Part shown: piece after piece, positions 40,348 through 50,256 of the stretch
Layout: the number at the start of each line of letters is the position of its first letter
Position numbering within the stretch: position 1 is the first letter of the stretch
Assembly (NCBI GenBank): GCA_963822965.1
Contig: CAWGJT010000006.1
Coordinates: 96,001-160,000, forward strand
DNA: 64,000 nt
Source: an uncultured delta proteobacterium
Lineage (GTDB): Bacteria; Myxococcota_A; UBA9160; UBA4427
Direction of reading: 5' to 3'
Position numbers and translations under genes: made by a program
The notes under the pieces: model-generated
The model's database searches: none
The model's input: the letters and a program-made list of their open reading frames with translations, nothing else
Told to the model about the DNA's origin: nothing

Positions 40348-41721
40348 ATGGCGGACGAATCGATGGATCTCTTTCCGGACCGTCCGAAGCGCCGCGTCGA
40401 TCCTCGCGCTCCCCTCGCCGACCGCATGCGACCGCGCAGCTTCGACGAGCTGCTGGGCCAGCCACACCTGACGGGGTCGGGGAGCGCCCTGCGTTCCCTG
40501 CTCGCCTCCGAGGAGCTTCCGTCCCTCATCCTGTGGGGCCCGCCCGGCAGCGGCAAGACCACGCTGGCCTGGCTCCTCGCCGACGCCCCGGGCTCGCGCA
40601 TGGAGCCCCTGTCGGCCGTCACGTCCGGCGTCAAGGAGATCCGCGAGGCGGTGGAGCGGGCGCGCCGCGTGGCGCTGCGGACGATCCTCTTCATCGACGA
40701 GATCCACCGGCTGAACCGTGCCCAGCAGGACGTGCTGCTGCCCCACGTGGAGGCCGGCACCGTCACCCTGATCGGCGCCACCACCGAGAACCCGTCGTTC
40801 ACCGTGAACGCCCCCCTGCTCTCGCGCTGCCGGGTGATCACCCTCGAGCCCCTGGACGACGAGGCCATCGCAAGGACCCTGGAGCGCGCCGTGGCCGACC
40901 CGGATCGCGGGCTCGGGCGCGGCGGCCTCGTCCTCGGCCCCGGCGTGGTCGGCGCCATCGTGCAGGCCGCGGAGGGAGACGCCCGGCGGGCCCTGGGTCT
41001 GCTCGAAGCCGCGGCGGCCGTTCACCGTCAGGGCGACACACCGGACGCGCCCCTGTCCCCCGAGACGGTGCGGCTGGCCGCAGGGCGCCGGCTGCTGCTG
41101 CACGACCGCGATCGCGAAGAGCACTTCAACGTCGTCTCCGCATTCATCAAGAGCCTGCGGGCGAGCGACCCGGATGCCTCCCTCTACTATCTGGCGCGCA
41201 TGCTCGAGGCGGGCGAAGACCCCCTCTACCCGGCGCGCCGGCTGGTGATCTTCGCATCCGAGGACGTGGGCAACGCCGACCCGGTGGCGCTCCAGGTCGC
41301 CACGTCCACCTACCTGGCGGTCGAGCGTATCGGCATGCCCGAGGGACGAATCCCCCTCGCCCAGGCGACGACCTACCTGGCCTGCGCGCCCAAGAGCAAC
41401 GCCTCGTACGCCGCGTTGGGGCGGGCCCAGGAGGCCCTGGCCGAGACGGGCTCGGCCCCCGTCCCGCTGCACCTGCGCAACGCCCCCACGCCGCTCTTGA
41501 AGGAGCTCGGCTACGGCGCCGCGTACCGCTATCCGCACGACGAGGACGATGCCTTCGTGGCGGCCGAGAACCTGCCGGACGCGCTGGCCGGACGGTGCTT
41601 CTACGAGCCCAGCGAGCGGGGCGCGGAGCGGGAGATCGGCGAGCGGCTGGCCCGCAACCGCGCGCGCCGCCAGGACGTCGCGAAGGGCTCGCCGGGCGGG
41701 GGGCACGGCGAGGCGTCCTGA
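40348..41721 (+). CDS. rarA: Replication-associated recombination protein A (MgsA)
   Basis: PLADRMRP, WGPPGSGKTT, FIDEIHR, GATTENPSF, SAFIKS, SEDVGNADP, VPLHLRNAPT. Confidence 0.96.
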   Translation: MADESMDLFPDRPKRRVDPRAPLADRMRPRSFDELLGQPHLTGSGSALRSLLASEELPSLILWGPPGSGKTTLAWLLADAPGSRMEPLSAVTSGVKEIREAVERARRVALRTILFIDEIHRLNRAQQDVLLPHVEAGTVTLIGATTENPSFTVNAPLLSRCRVITLEPLDDEAIARTLERAVADPDRGLGRGGLVLGPGVVGAIVQAAEGDARRALGLLEAAAAVHRQGDTPDAPLSPETVRLAAGRRLLLHDRDREEHFNVVSAFIKSLRASDPDASLYYLARMLEAGEDPLYPARRLVIFASEDVGNADPVALQVATSTYLAVERIGMPEGRIPLAQATTYLACAPKSNASYAALGRAQEALAETGSAPVPLHLRNAPTPLLKELGYGAAYRYPHDEDDAFVAAENLPDALAGRCFYEPSERGAEREIGERLARNRARRQDVAKGSPGGGHGEAS

Positions 41722-41724
41722 AGC

Positions 41725-42660
41725 TCAGGCCGGGGGAACCTCGGCGAGCGCTGCCACCTCGACGCAGTTGCGGCCGCGCTCCTTCGCGCGGTAGAGGGCT
41801 ACGTCCGCCGCCGCCACCAGATCGTCGGGAGCCTTCATACCGGGGCCGAACCCCGCAATCCCGATGCTGATACGAGTCTCGATCGCCGCTCCGTCCGTCG
41901 ACTCGAACTGGGTCTGCTCCACCACCGAGCGCCAGCGCTCCGCCAGCAGCCGCGCACCCTCCAGCTCGCTCTGCGCGAGGATCACGATCACCTCCTCGCC
42001 CCCGTAGCGCCCGGCCACGTCCGTCGCGCGGAGCTCCGAGAGCAGCAGCGACGAGACGCCGCGCAGAACCGTGTCGCCGGCCGGGTGGCCGAAGGTGTCG
42101 TTGACCTGCTTGAAGTGATCGAGGTCCGCCATCATCACGGACAGGGGCGAGTGGTATCGCCGTGCGCGCAGGAACTCGATGGAGAGCACCTCCTGGGCGT
42201 ACCGTCGGGTGCGCAGGCCCGTCAGGCCGTCGGTGGTCGAGAGGCGGGCCAGGGTCTCGTTCTTGACGCGCAGCTCGTCCTGCAGCCGTTTCACCTTCAG
42301 GTGCAGCCGTAGACGCGCGGCGAGCTCGCCCGGATGGAAGGGCTTCACCACCAGGTCGGCGGCGCCGCCTTCCAACAGCCGGACCCGGCGATCGAGGTCC
42401 TGGGAGGCCGTCAGGAAGACGAAGGGCACGTTCCGGCAGGCGGGCGTCGCCTCCTTCACGAGCAGCAGCTTCTCGCCGTCGATCTCGGGCATCTCGAGGT
42501 CGCACAACACGACGTCCACCGGGTGGTTGAGCAGCAGCTTCAGCCCCTTCAGACCGTCTGCCGCCTCGAGCACCTGGTCGAAGACGCGAATCGGCTCCAC
42601 CGCGCGGATGATCTGCGCTCGGTGCACTGCCGAGTCATCGATGATGAGGAGCGTCGGCAC
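41725..42660 (-). CDS. Response regulator (REC) + GGDEF diguanylate cyclase
   Basis: IIDDS, LCDLEMP, KPF; DLDHFKQVNDTFGH, I-site RATD, active-site RYGGEEV. Confidence 0.92.
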   Translation of the reverse strand: MPTLLIIDDSAVHRAQIIRAVEPIRVFDQVLEAADGLKGLKLLLNHPVDVVLCDLEMPEIDGEKLLLVKEATPACRNVPFVFLTASQDLDRRVRLLEGGAADLVVKPFHPGELAARLRLHLKVKRLQDELRVKNETLARLSTTDGLTGLRTRRYAQEVLSIEFLRARRYHSPLSVMMADLDHFKQVNDTFGHPAGDTVLRGVSSLLLSELRATDVAGRYGGEEVIVILAQSELEGARLLAERWRSVVEQTQFESTDGAAIETRISIGIAGFGPGMKAPDDLVAAADVALYRAKERGRNCVEVAALAEVPPA

Positions 42661-42840
42661 CGCCCCCTCCTGCAGGGATTCGTCCCGAGGGGTATCGGCC
42701 GAACGCGCCCGGAGCTTGCACCCGGAGACGCAGTCGCGGGGGCCGGGCGCTCGATCGGGCCGGATCGTGACCGCGCCACCCGCAGCCCACCGGCAGCCGG
42801 GAACCTGCCCGGACCGTCATCCGGGCCGGGCCCGCCCGCT

Positions 42841-42900
42841 TCCGCCCTTCCCCGCCCTTCCCCGTCTCTCCCCGTCTTTCCCCGTCTTTCGCGTCCTTCC
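42841..42900. repeat. 10-bp pyrimidine-rich tandem repeat x6
   Basis: tccgcccttc cccgcccttc cccgtctctc cccgtctttc cccgtctttc gcgtccttcc. Confidence 0.8.
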
Positions 42901-42983
42901 CGGTCCGCCCCCGCCGGATCCGGCTCGGGGCTGCACTGGACGGTCCCGGGCCGCTTGCGGGCGCGGCCCGGGCCAGCCGTGTC

Positions 42984-43502
42984 TCACGACTTGATCGCGA
43001 TCGTCCGGGGCTTCGCGGCCTCGGACTTCGGGACCCGAATCGTGAGAACGCCGCTGCTGAACGACGCGTCGAGGTGCTCCTGGTCGGCGTCCGCCGGCAG
43101 CTGGAACGAGCGCGTGAAGGACCCGTAGCTGCGCTCGGTGTAGCGGCGCTGCTCCTTCTTCTCCTCGCGTTCGCTCTTCTTCTCTCCGCGGATCGTCAGC
43201 AGACCCTCATGGAGCTCGACGTGCACGTCGTCCTTCTTGCTCCCCGGCAGCTCGACGGTGATCGTGTACTCGTTCTCGCCGTCGGCGACGTCCATGGCGG
43301 GCAGCCACGCTCGGGTCTGGATCGACTGGGGCCACTCGCGAACGAGCTCGTCCATCAGCCGCGGGAAGCGGCCGGAGAAGAGCCCCTCGTCCAGCAGGCT
43401 CGGCCACGACCCCAGCTCGGCGAAGGGTCGCCAGGGTGCCAGCGCCCGGGCCTCGCCGCCCTCTCGCCCCTCTCGCTTCGCCTTTTCCGCCTTGTCACCC
43501 AT
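42984..43502 (-). CDS. Hsp20/alpha-crystallin small heat shock protein
   Basis: PAMDV, ELPG, ERSYGSFTRSF, GVLTIRVPK. Confidence 0.93.
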   Translation of the reverse strand: MGDKAEKAKREGREGGEARALAPWRPFAELGSWPSLLDEGLFSGRFPRLMDELVREWPQSIQTRAWLPAMDVADGENEYTITVELPGSKKDDVHVELHEGLLTIRGEKKSEREEKKEQRRYTERSYGSFTRSFQLPADADQEHLDASFSSGVLTIRVPKSEAAKPRTIAIKS

Positions 43503-43553
43503 CTTCCGTCCTCCTCCTCATTCTCGTTGCTTCGACTGTCCCCGCGGCGGCCC

Positions 43554-45098
43554 TCACCGCCGCGTCGAATCGCTGCGCGGGCGGCAGATTGCCTCGAGCA
43601 CCAGGCCCACCTCCTCGGCGCCGATCGCCGTGGACGGCGCCCGCCGGCCGGCCGCGGCTTCGGCGATGTCCGCCAGCGAGAGCAGGCCGCGCAGGTGGTC
43701 GTGCTCGTCCACGACCGGGAGCCGACGGACCCGGGCGGAGCGCATGATGGCCTCGGCGTCCGCCACGCTGTCCGCGGGACGGCAGCCGAAGACGCGGTGA
43801 GCCATCGCGCTCTCCACCCGCATCTCCGCCAGTCGTCCGCCGCGGGTGAAGAGCGCCATGCAGATGTCGCGGTCGGTGATCATGCCGACGACGTGCCCGC
43901 TGCCGTCGCTCGAGACGACCGGCACGCAGCCGCAATCGTGCTCCCACATGATGCGAGCCGCCGTGCTCATCGGATCGTCCGGCGTGCAGACGTGCACGTC
44001 CGTGGACATGAGGTCGTACACCGGCTGCGGCGCGCCACGCCCGCGCCCCGCGCCGATTCCCATCGCGTGGGCGACGCGATCGAGGGCCTGCTCCACCTCG
44101 CGGCCCAGGCCGCGCAGGGTCTGGTCGCCCACGTCGCGCAGGCGGGCTGCCGCCTCCTCCATCCGCTGCTCGATCTCGTGGCGCATGCGCGCGGGATAGG
44201 AGCGATGACGCGCGCCGCGGATCTCGCCGGCCACGCAGTCCGAGAGCCGGGCGAGCTCCCGTCCGAGGCCGACGAGCAGATCGTCGAAGCTGACCATCCC
44301 GACGACGCGCTCGCCCTCCAGCACGGGGATGCGGCGGACACCCGCCGTACGCATGCGTACCACGACCTCTTCCAGGGGCTCCGCGGGATGCGCCGCGATG
44401 ACCGGTGCGCTCATCACCGCCGACACCGAGGTGCGCGCGGGATCGAGCCCCTTGGCGACCACCCGCAGCACGATGTCGCGATCGGTGAGAATCCCGGCGA
44501 CCCGCTGGTCGTCGCCGACCACCGCCACGCTGCCCACGGCGCGCTCGTCCATGTCCCGCGCGACTGCGGAGACGGAAGCCTCGACTCCCGCCGTCACCAC
44601 CTCGCGAAGGTAGTGCTCTGCGCGACGAAGCGCGGGCGGCGGCCCTTCCTCCTCGCCCTCCCCGGCCAGGGTGCGGGACGAGCCGGCCGGGAGCTGCGAC
44701 ACCAGCACCTCTCCGAGCCCCCCGATCTCCCGCGCCAGCAGCAGGAAGAGGTCGTCGGCGGAGACGACGCCCAGGACCCGGTCGCCGTGCACCACGGGCA
44801 GCCGCCGGACGCGCGCGCGACTCATGCGGGCCAGGGTGTCCTCGAGCGACGCGCCGCGGTCGACGCACACCGGCGAGCGGGTCATGGCCTCGCCGACCCG
44901 AACCTCCCGCGAGTCGCGCCCCTGGGCGGCCACGGCCAGGGTCACGTCCCGGTCGCTGAGCACGCCCGCCAGGTGTTCGCCGCGCACCACCAGCAGCAGA
45001 CCGACCCCCTCCTTCTCCATGCGCTGGGCGGCGGCCAGCAGCGTCTCGTCCGGCCCCACGCAGACCGCCGGCCGACGGCAGTAGGAGGCGATGCTCAT
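43554..45098 (-). CDS. CBS-only protein with three tandem CBS pairs
   Basis: Three repeats of G(V/I/M)(L/I)(S/T)DRD(V/I) ... VRR(L/I)PV; ATG 45098 preceded by a purine-rich RBS. Confidence 0.88.
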   Translation of the reverse strand: MSIASYCRRPAVCVGPDETLLAAAQRMEKEGVGLLLVVRGEHLAGVLSDRDVTLAVAAQGRDSREVRVGEAMTRSPVCVDRGASLEDTLARMSRARVRRLPVVHGDRVLGVVSADDLFLLLAREIGGLGEVLVSQLPAGSSRTLAGEGEEEGPPPALRRAEHYLREVVTAGVEASVSAVARDMDERAVGSVAVVGDDQRVAGILTDRDIVLRVVAKGLDPARTSVSAVMSAPVIAAHPAEPLEEVVVRMRTAGVRRIPVLEGERVVGMVSFDDLLVGLGRELARLSDCVAGEIRGARHRSYPARMRHEIEQRMEEAAARLRDVGDQTLRGLGREVEQALDRVAHAMGIGAGRGRGAPQPVYDLMSTDVHVCTPDDPMSTAARIMWEHDCGCVPVVSSDGSGHVVGMITDRDICMALFTRGGRLAEMRVESAMAHRVFGCRPADSVADAEAIMRSARVRRLPVVDEHDHLRGLLSLADIAEAAAGRRAPSTAIGAEEVGLVLEAICRPRSDSTRR

Positions 45099-45135
45099 GA
45101 CGACCCCTTCCTCTTCGTATCGCACCTGCGAGACA

Positions 45136-45152
45136 AGCATTTCCCATGCCAA
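45136..45152 (-). promoter_or_regulatory. sigma-54 (-24/-12) promoter for the CBS-Hsp20 unit
   Basis: Minus strand TTGGCATGGGAAATGCT (GG-N10-GC), about 38 nt upstream of the ATG. Confidence 0.7.
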
Positions 45153-45412
45153 GACACGTCCGAGCCTCCACCGAGGCACCACGCTCCCATCCATGGGAAT
45201 GCGACGGCAGGCTGGCCCGGTGCCCGGGCTCGACGCGTGACGCGACGCCCCAGCACCGGAGGCGCGCAGACCCTAGACGCCCCGAGGCGGACGTCCGCAG
45301 GAAGGCCGTCGCGTCCGGCCGGTCCGTGGGCCGTGCGGATTCCACACCCGCGCCGTGGCAGATCGTGCAAAGCTCCGCCGAGGGGCGGGGCGACGGCTGC
45401 GGCTGGAGGCGG

Positions 45413-46181
45413 CTACGGCTGGGGGCGGGGAGCGGCCGCGCCGGCGGGTGCGGCGGGCCCGGCGATCATGCGGCGGTAGAAGGCCGGCGGGAAGAAGCCC
45501 AGCCACAGGCAGATCGAGGCAACCAGGGTCGTCGCGGGCGTGATGAAGAGGGCCGGAGTCCACTGTGCGTAGGCTTCGCGCAGCACCAGGCCGGCCGCGA
45601 GGGAGACGATTGCGAGGGTTCCCATCGCGAGGCTGAAAAATCCCCACATCAGGATCTGGTGCGCGACGACCGGGTCGGCCAGCCCCAGCGCCACTCGGCG
45701 CCGCATCAAGCGGTGGAATGCCACGCTCTCGTAGGCCCCCCACAGGTAGATCGCAGAACGCGCCGCCACGAAGCACACGTTCGAGATCGTCGGGGCCACC
45801 GTCGTGGGCAGCGTCTGCCCCAGCGAGGTCCACAGCCAGCCCGCCAGCACCCAGAGCGAGAGCGCAGCGCAGAGCACCCCGGCCCAGAGATCCATCACCC
45901 GGTAGATCCGCCAGATCCCGACCGACAGCGCGATCACGCCGAGGGCGATGAGCCCGTTCGCCACCACCACCCACGAGAAGAGCGGCGCCCAGTCGCCCTC
46001 GGCCGCTCGGGTGCGGATCACCGTGTAGAGGACGATGGCCGCCACGACGAACGCCTGGTAGGTGCCCATGGCGATCTCGGGCGCGCCGCGGGTCCTCGCG
46101 GCCACGATGCAGCAGGCGCACGCCTACGAAGACGGAGAGCGCCAGGGTCGTCAGCGTTGCTGCGGCGGCGAACTGCTGCAT
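45413..46181 (-). CDS. Uncharacterised ~7 TM membrane protein, paralog of 7166..7915; frameshift near 46110
   Basis: RRRVALGLADPVVAHQILMWG, FFPPAFYRR; first TM (MQQFAAAATL...GVRLL) in an adjacent frame. Confidence 0.72.
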
Positions 46182-46238
46182 CGTTCCCAACAATCGGCCG
46201 CCGGTCGCCACAGCTGAACCCCCTCGGGCCCCGCTGGA

Positions 46239-47441
46239 TCAGCCCGGAGGCCCGAGCCGGCCGCCCACGGCCCGGGCCTGGCCGGGGAGGCCACCCGGGT
46301 CGTAGCAGTACTGCTCGCGGCCCCGGCGCTCCATCCAGTCTGCGGGCCCGAGTCGGAGCGCCGTGTTGCGCAGGGCCACCAGCCCGGGGTGCTTCCACAT
46401 TCCCACCCGTCCCCACAGGCGAGAGAGGCGCACCGTGCGGGCGGTCCGGCGTGCCCGCAGCCGGTGGAAACGCCGGAATGCCTGCTCCGGGTCCGGGGCC
46501 AGGGCGATGCAGCGCGCCAGCACGACGGCGTCCTCGATGGCCATGCAGGCGCCCTGCCCCAGGTTCGGCGTCGTCGGATGCGCCGCATCCCCCAGCAGCA
46601 CGGCGCGGTCCCGGTGCCAGCGGCGCGCGGGCCTCCGGTCGTAGATGTCGTTCTGGAGGATGCACTCCACGGGCGTGCGCGCGAAGCGCTCGGGAACGCC
46701 CCCCGCCCAGCCGGCGAAGGCCTCGAGCAGGTGCGAGCGACGCTCTCCGATGGCGATCTCGGTGCCCTCGGGCAGGGGCGACGTGGCCCACCAGTAGACG
46801 CGCCCCTCTCCCATCGCGTAGTACGCGGTGCGGCGGCCCCGGCCGAAGTACTCGCGGCTCACGTCGGGCTCGTCGAGGCGTGCCTGCGCGATGCCGCGGA
46901 AGATCGTCTCGCCGGCGTAGCGGGGCGGCCCGTCCGCCAGCACGTGCTGCCGCACGGTCGAGTGCAGCCCGTCCGCGCCCACCAGCAGGTCTCCGTCGAA
47001 GGGCTCCGCGCGTCCCCGGACGAAGACGCGCACCCGGCCGGCCTGCTGCTCGATCGCCTCCACGAGGGCTCCCGTCTGGACGGCCTCGGGCTTCACGCAG
47101 GCCGCGAGCGCGCCGTGGAGGACGCCGCGGTGCATCACGTAGCCGGCCCGACCCGCCTGCTCGAAGATGCGGTCGAAGCGGACGGCGACGAGATCCTCAC
47201 CCGCGTCGGTGCTCACGAAGAACCGGTGGAAGCGTGCGCCCCGCGCGAAGAGCTCCGGCGAGACGCCCAGCACCTCGAGGGCGCGCACGGCACCGGGCAG
47301 CACACCGAGACCACTGCCCACCTCGCCGAGCACGGCGGCGCGTTCCAGCAGCACGAAGGGAAGCCCGAGCCGTTGCAGGGCCGCTCCGAGGGCCATCCCG
47401 CCGATGCCCCCGCCCACGATGATCGTGCGTTCGGGGGTCAT
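46239..47441 (-). CDS. FAD-dependent monooxygenase (class A flavoprotein hydroxylase)
   Basis: IVGGGIGG, VGADGLHS, LLGDAAHPTTPNLGQGACMAIED. Confidence 0.92.
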   Translation of the reverse strand: MTPERTIIVGGGIGGMALGAALQRLGLPFVLLERAAVLGEVGSGLGVLPGAVRALEVLGVSPELFARGARFHRFFVSTDAGEDLVAVRFDRIFEQAGRAGYVMHRGVLHGALAACVKPEAVQTGALVEAIEQQAGRVRVFVRGRAEPFDGDLLVGADGLHSTVRQHVLADGPPRYAGETIFRGIAQARLDEPDVSREYFGRGRRTAYYAMGEGRVYWWATSPLPEGTEIAIGERRSHLLEAFAGWAGGVPERFARTPVECILQNDIYDRRPARRWHRDRAVLLGDAAHPTTPNLGQGACMAIEDAVVLARCIALAPDPEQAFRRFHRLRARRTARTVRLSRLWGRVGMWKHPGLVALRNTALRLGPADWMERRGREQYCYDPGGLPGQARAVGGRLGPPG

Positions 47442-47444
47442 CGC

Positions 47445-48059
47445 TCACGCCTCCGGGTCGAGCCGTACGGACGCCGCGATCTGTCGCCAGAGGAACGCGA
47501 TCACCCGCTCCGGGGACGGTCGGCGCGAGCGGGTGAGCGCCTCCACCATGACCTGGCGCATGGCGCCGAACATGGCCGCGCCCGCCAGGCCCGCGTCGAT
47601 GCCCAGGGGCAGCTCGCCGCGCCGCTGCGCCTTGCGGATGCTGCGGGCGGCGCGTCGCACGACGAGGGCGGTACGGTCGGACTCGCGGCGCGCCACCTCG
47701 GGGTCACGCGCGAGGGCCCCGTAGAGCACCACCGCGAAGGGCTCGCGATAGTGGAAGCGCACCCCGGCTTCGAGCCGCAGGCGTTCGTGCCGAGCCCAGT
47801 CGCCCTGGTCCTCGAGATCGAGGTCGAAGACCTCCCGCTGGAAGCGGTCGAAGAAGTCGTCGACGAGCGCCGCCACGAGCCCCGACTTGGAGCCGAAGTA
47901 TCGGTGCACGAGGCTCGGCACCACCCCGGCCACCTCGGCGACGGCGGCGATCTCGAAGTGACCGCCCGACGCGATGGCCAGGTCTCGGGCCGCCGACAGC
48001 AGGCGTTCGCGGGTGGCGCGGCCCTTTCGGGTGAGCGGCGGCGGAGCAGGGCTTGACAT
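47445..48059 (-). CDS. TetR/AcrR family transcriptional regulator
   Basis: TRERLLSAA...VAEVAGVVPSLVHRYFGSK helix-turn-helix. Confidence 0.9.
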   Translation of the reverse strand: MSSPAPPPLTRKGRATRERLLSAARDLAIASGGHFEIAAVAEVAGVVPSLVHRYFGSKSGLVAALVDDFFDRFQREVFDLDLEDQGDWARHERLRLEAGVRFHYREPFAVVLYGALARDPEVARRESDRTALVVRRAARSIRKAQRRGELPLGIDAGLAGAAMFGAMRQVMVEALTRSRRPSPERVIAFLWRQIAASVRLDPEA

Positions 48060-48068
48060 CGGGGGTGG

Positions 48069-48106
48069 AGTCTTGCCAAGCTAAGAATTGATGTCAATTC
48101 AATTCT
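48069..48106. promoter_or_regulatory. TetR promoter with overlapping palindromic operator
   Basis: Minus strand TTGACA-17-AAGACT; palindrome gaattga-tg-tcaattc (48085-48100) and longer agaattga-N7-tcaattct (48084-48106). Confidence 0.75.
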
Positions 48107-48147
48107 GAGCCGAGCACCCCGAAGCCCGCAGACCGAGGTCGAAGCGC

Positions 48148-49323
48148 ATGGAACCGACGCAACCCGCCCGCGCGGCCCACCCCACCCCCGATCCCACGTC
48201 GCCGGGCGTCGCGCCCCTGCTCGACGATCGGGCCGTCGCGGAACGCGTGCTGGCCCACGTCCGCGAGGGAACCACCGATCTCGGGAGCGACGTGTGGCGT
48301 GAGCCCGTCTCGAGCTATCGCTCCCCGGCGCGACTCGAGGCCGAGATGCACGTGCTGCGCCGGACGCCGACGCCCTTCTGTCCCTCGGCGGCCCTGCCGA
48401 AGCCGGGATCCTTCGTGGCGCGCGAGGCGGCGGGCATCCCGCTGGTCGTCGTGCGCGGCGAAGACGGCCGTGTCCGGGCCTTCCGCAACGCGTGCCGTCA
48501 CCGGGGCACCCAGCTGGCCAGCGGGACGGGCTGCACCCGCGCCTTCGTGTGCCCCTACCATGCCTGGGCCTACGGGCTGGACGGCGCACTCCGCCACGTT
48601 CCCCACCCGGACGGCTTCCCGGGTCTCGATCGAGACGAGCATGGCCTCGTCTCCGTCGCCGCCGAAGAGCGGCTGGGGCTCGTCTTCGTCACCCAGGAGC
48701 CGGACGCTTCGAGGCCTGCGCCCTGGGAAGGCCTGCCCGAGCTCATCGCGGCCGACCATACCCTGCTCCAACACCGCGAGGTCGACGCCGACGTCAACTG
48801 GAAGATCTACCTGGAGGGGTTCATCGAGGGCTATCACATCCGGGCGACCCATCCCGAGAGCTTCTACCCCTACGGCTACGACAACCTGAACCTGGTGGAG
48901 CGGAGCGGTCGCAACAGCCGGGTCACCTTTCCGTTCCGGCGCATCGAGAAGCTGGCGTCGGTGCCGCCCGCGGAGCGCCGGGTCGACGGTCTCCTCACGT
49001 ACGTCTACCACCTCTTCCCGAACACCCTCGTGACCGTGCTGTCGCACCACACCAACCTGGTGGTGCTCGAGCCTCTGGCCATCGACTGCACCCGACTCGT
49101 CACCTACACACTGGCCCATGGCGGCGATGGAGCCGACGCCGGAGAGTCCGCCCGGCGCGACGTCGCGTTCGTCAACCAGACCGGAGCCCTGGAGGATCAG
49201 GCCGTGGTCCTGTCCATCCAGCGCGGGCTGCGGAGCGGTGCCAACGAGGCCTTCACGTTCGGGCGCTTCGAGGCGGCGATCGCCCACTTCCACCGCAACC
49301 TGGCCGCCGCCCTCCCGTCCTGA
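48148..49323 (+). CDS. Rieske non-heme iron oxygenase alpha subunit
   Basis: Rieske ligands CRH...CPYH; mononuclear Fe site EGYHIRATH and LEDQ. Confidence 0.92.
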   Translation: MEPTQPARAAHPTPDPTSPGVAPLLDDRAVAERVLAHVREGTTDLGSDVWREPVSSYRSPARLEAEMHVLRRTPTPFCPSAALPKPGSFVAREAAGIPLVVVRGEDGRVRAFRNACRHRGTQLASGTGCTRAFVCPYHAWAYGLDGALRHVPHPDGFPGLDRDEHGLVSVAAEERLGLVFVTQEPDASRPAPWEGLPELIAADHTLLQHREVDADVNWKIYLEGFIEGYHIRATHPESFYPYGYDNLNLVERSGRNSRVTFPFRRIEKLASVPPAERRVDGLLTYVYHLFPNTLVTVLSHHTNLVVLEPLAIDCTRLVTYTLAHGGDGADAGESARRDVAFVNQTGALEDQAVVLSIQRGLRSGANEAFTFGRFEAAIAHFHRNLAAALPS

Positions 49324-49401
49324 CGGGCCGCACCCCCCCACGCGGCGCGCCGAGCCTCTATGCTCGCGGTCCCAGGTCGGGAACGAACCGGGAGGCTTCG
49401 G

Positions 49402-50208
49402 GTGTCCCACGTCACGATCGACGGCTTCGAGATGTACTACGAGCAGCACGGTGCGGCGGGAGAGCCGCTCGTGCTGGTCCACGGCTATACGGGGGACGTC
49501 AGCGACTGGCACCACCAGATCGCGGCGTTCGCGCCCACGCACCGGGTGCTGGCCATGGACCACCGCGGTCACGGGCGCTCGGGCGCCCCGCCCGACCGCG
49601 ACGCCTACACCGTGGAGCGCATGGCGGACGACGTGGAGGCGCTGATCGCGCACCTGGGCCTCGACCGCTATCACCTGGTCGGCCACTCCCTGGGCGGGAT
49701 GGTGGCCCAGGAGATCGCCCTCCGGAGCGCGAGCCGGCTGCTGTCGCTCACCCTCGAGGACACGGGACCCGACTTCGGCCTCGGCCGACGCGAGCCCGTC
49801 CGGCAGCTCTTCGAGAGCCGCCTGCGCCTCGCGGAGGAGCAGGGCATGGAGGCCGTCGCCCGCCTACCGGCGCCGCCCCGCCCTCCCCACCACCCCCCCG
49901 AGCGGCTCGAGGAGGAGCTGGCGCGCCTCGCGGCCATGTCGGTGGACGGCTTCGCCGGGGGCTGGCAGGCGCTGTGTCGCTGGCCGGGAACCGGAGACCG
50001 CGCCCAGGCCATTCGCACCCCCACCCTGGTGATCCACGGGGAGCTCGACGCGGCGCTGCTCGCCGGCTCGACCTGGCTCTCCCGGACGATCCCCGGGGCC
50101 CGGCTCGAGGTCGTGCCCGAGGCGGGCCACTCCCCGCAGCTCGAGCGGCCGGACCTGTTCAACGCCGCCCTGGGGAGACACCTGTCGGAGACCGCCGCGG
50201 GAGCATGA
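49402..50208 (+). CDS. Alpha/beta hydrolase (Ser nucleophile)
   Basis: LVHGY, DHRGHG, GHSLGG, AGHSPQ; GTG start with GGAGG RBS. Confidence 0.9.
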   Translation: MSHVTIDGFEMYYEQHGAAGEPLVLVHGYTGDVSDWHHQIAAFAPTHRVLAMDHRGHGRSGAPPDRDAYTVERMADDVEALIAHLGLDRYHLVGHSLGGMVAQEIALRSASRLLSLTLEDTGPDFGLGRREPVRQLFESRLRLAEEQGMEAVARLPAPPRPPHHPPERLEEELARLAAMSVDGFAGGWQALCRWPGTGDRAQAIRTPTLVIHGELDAALLAGSTWLSRTIPGARLEVVPEAGHSPQLERPDLFNAALGRHLSETAAGA

Positions 50209-50256
50209 CCTGCGAGGTCATGGACCCCGCGCCCCGGCCGTTGCACCCTGACAACG

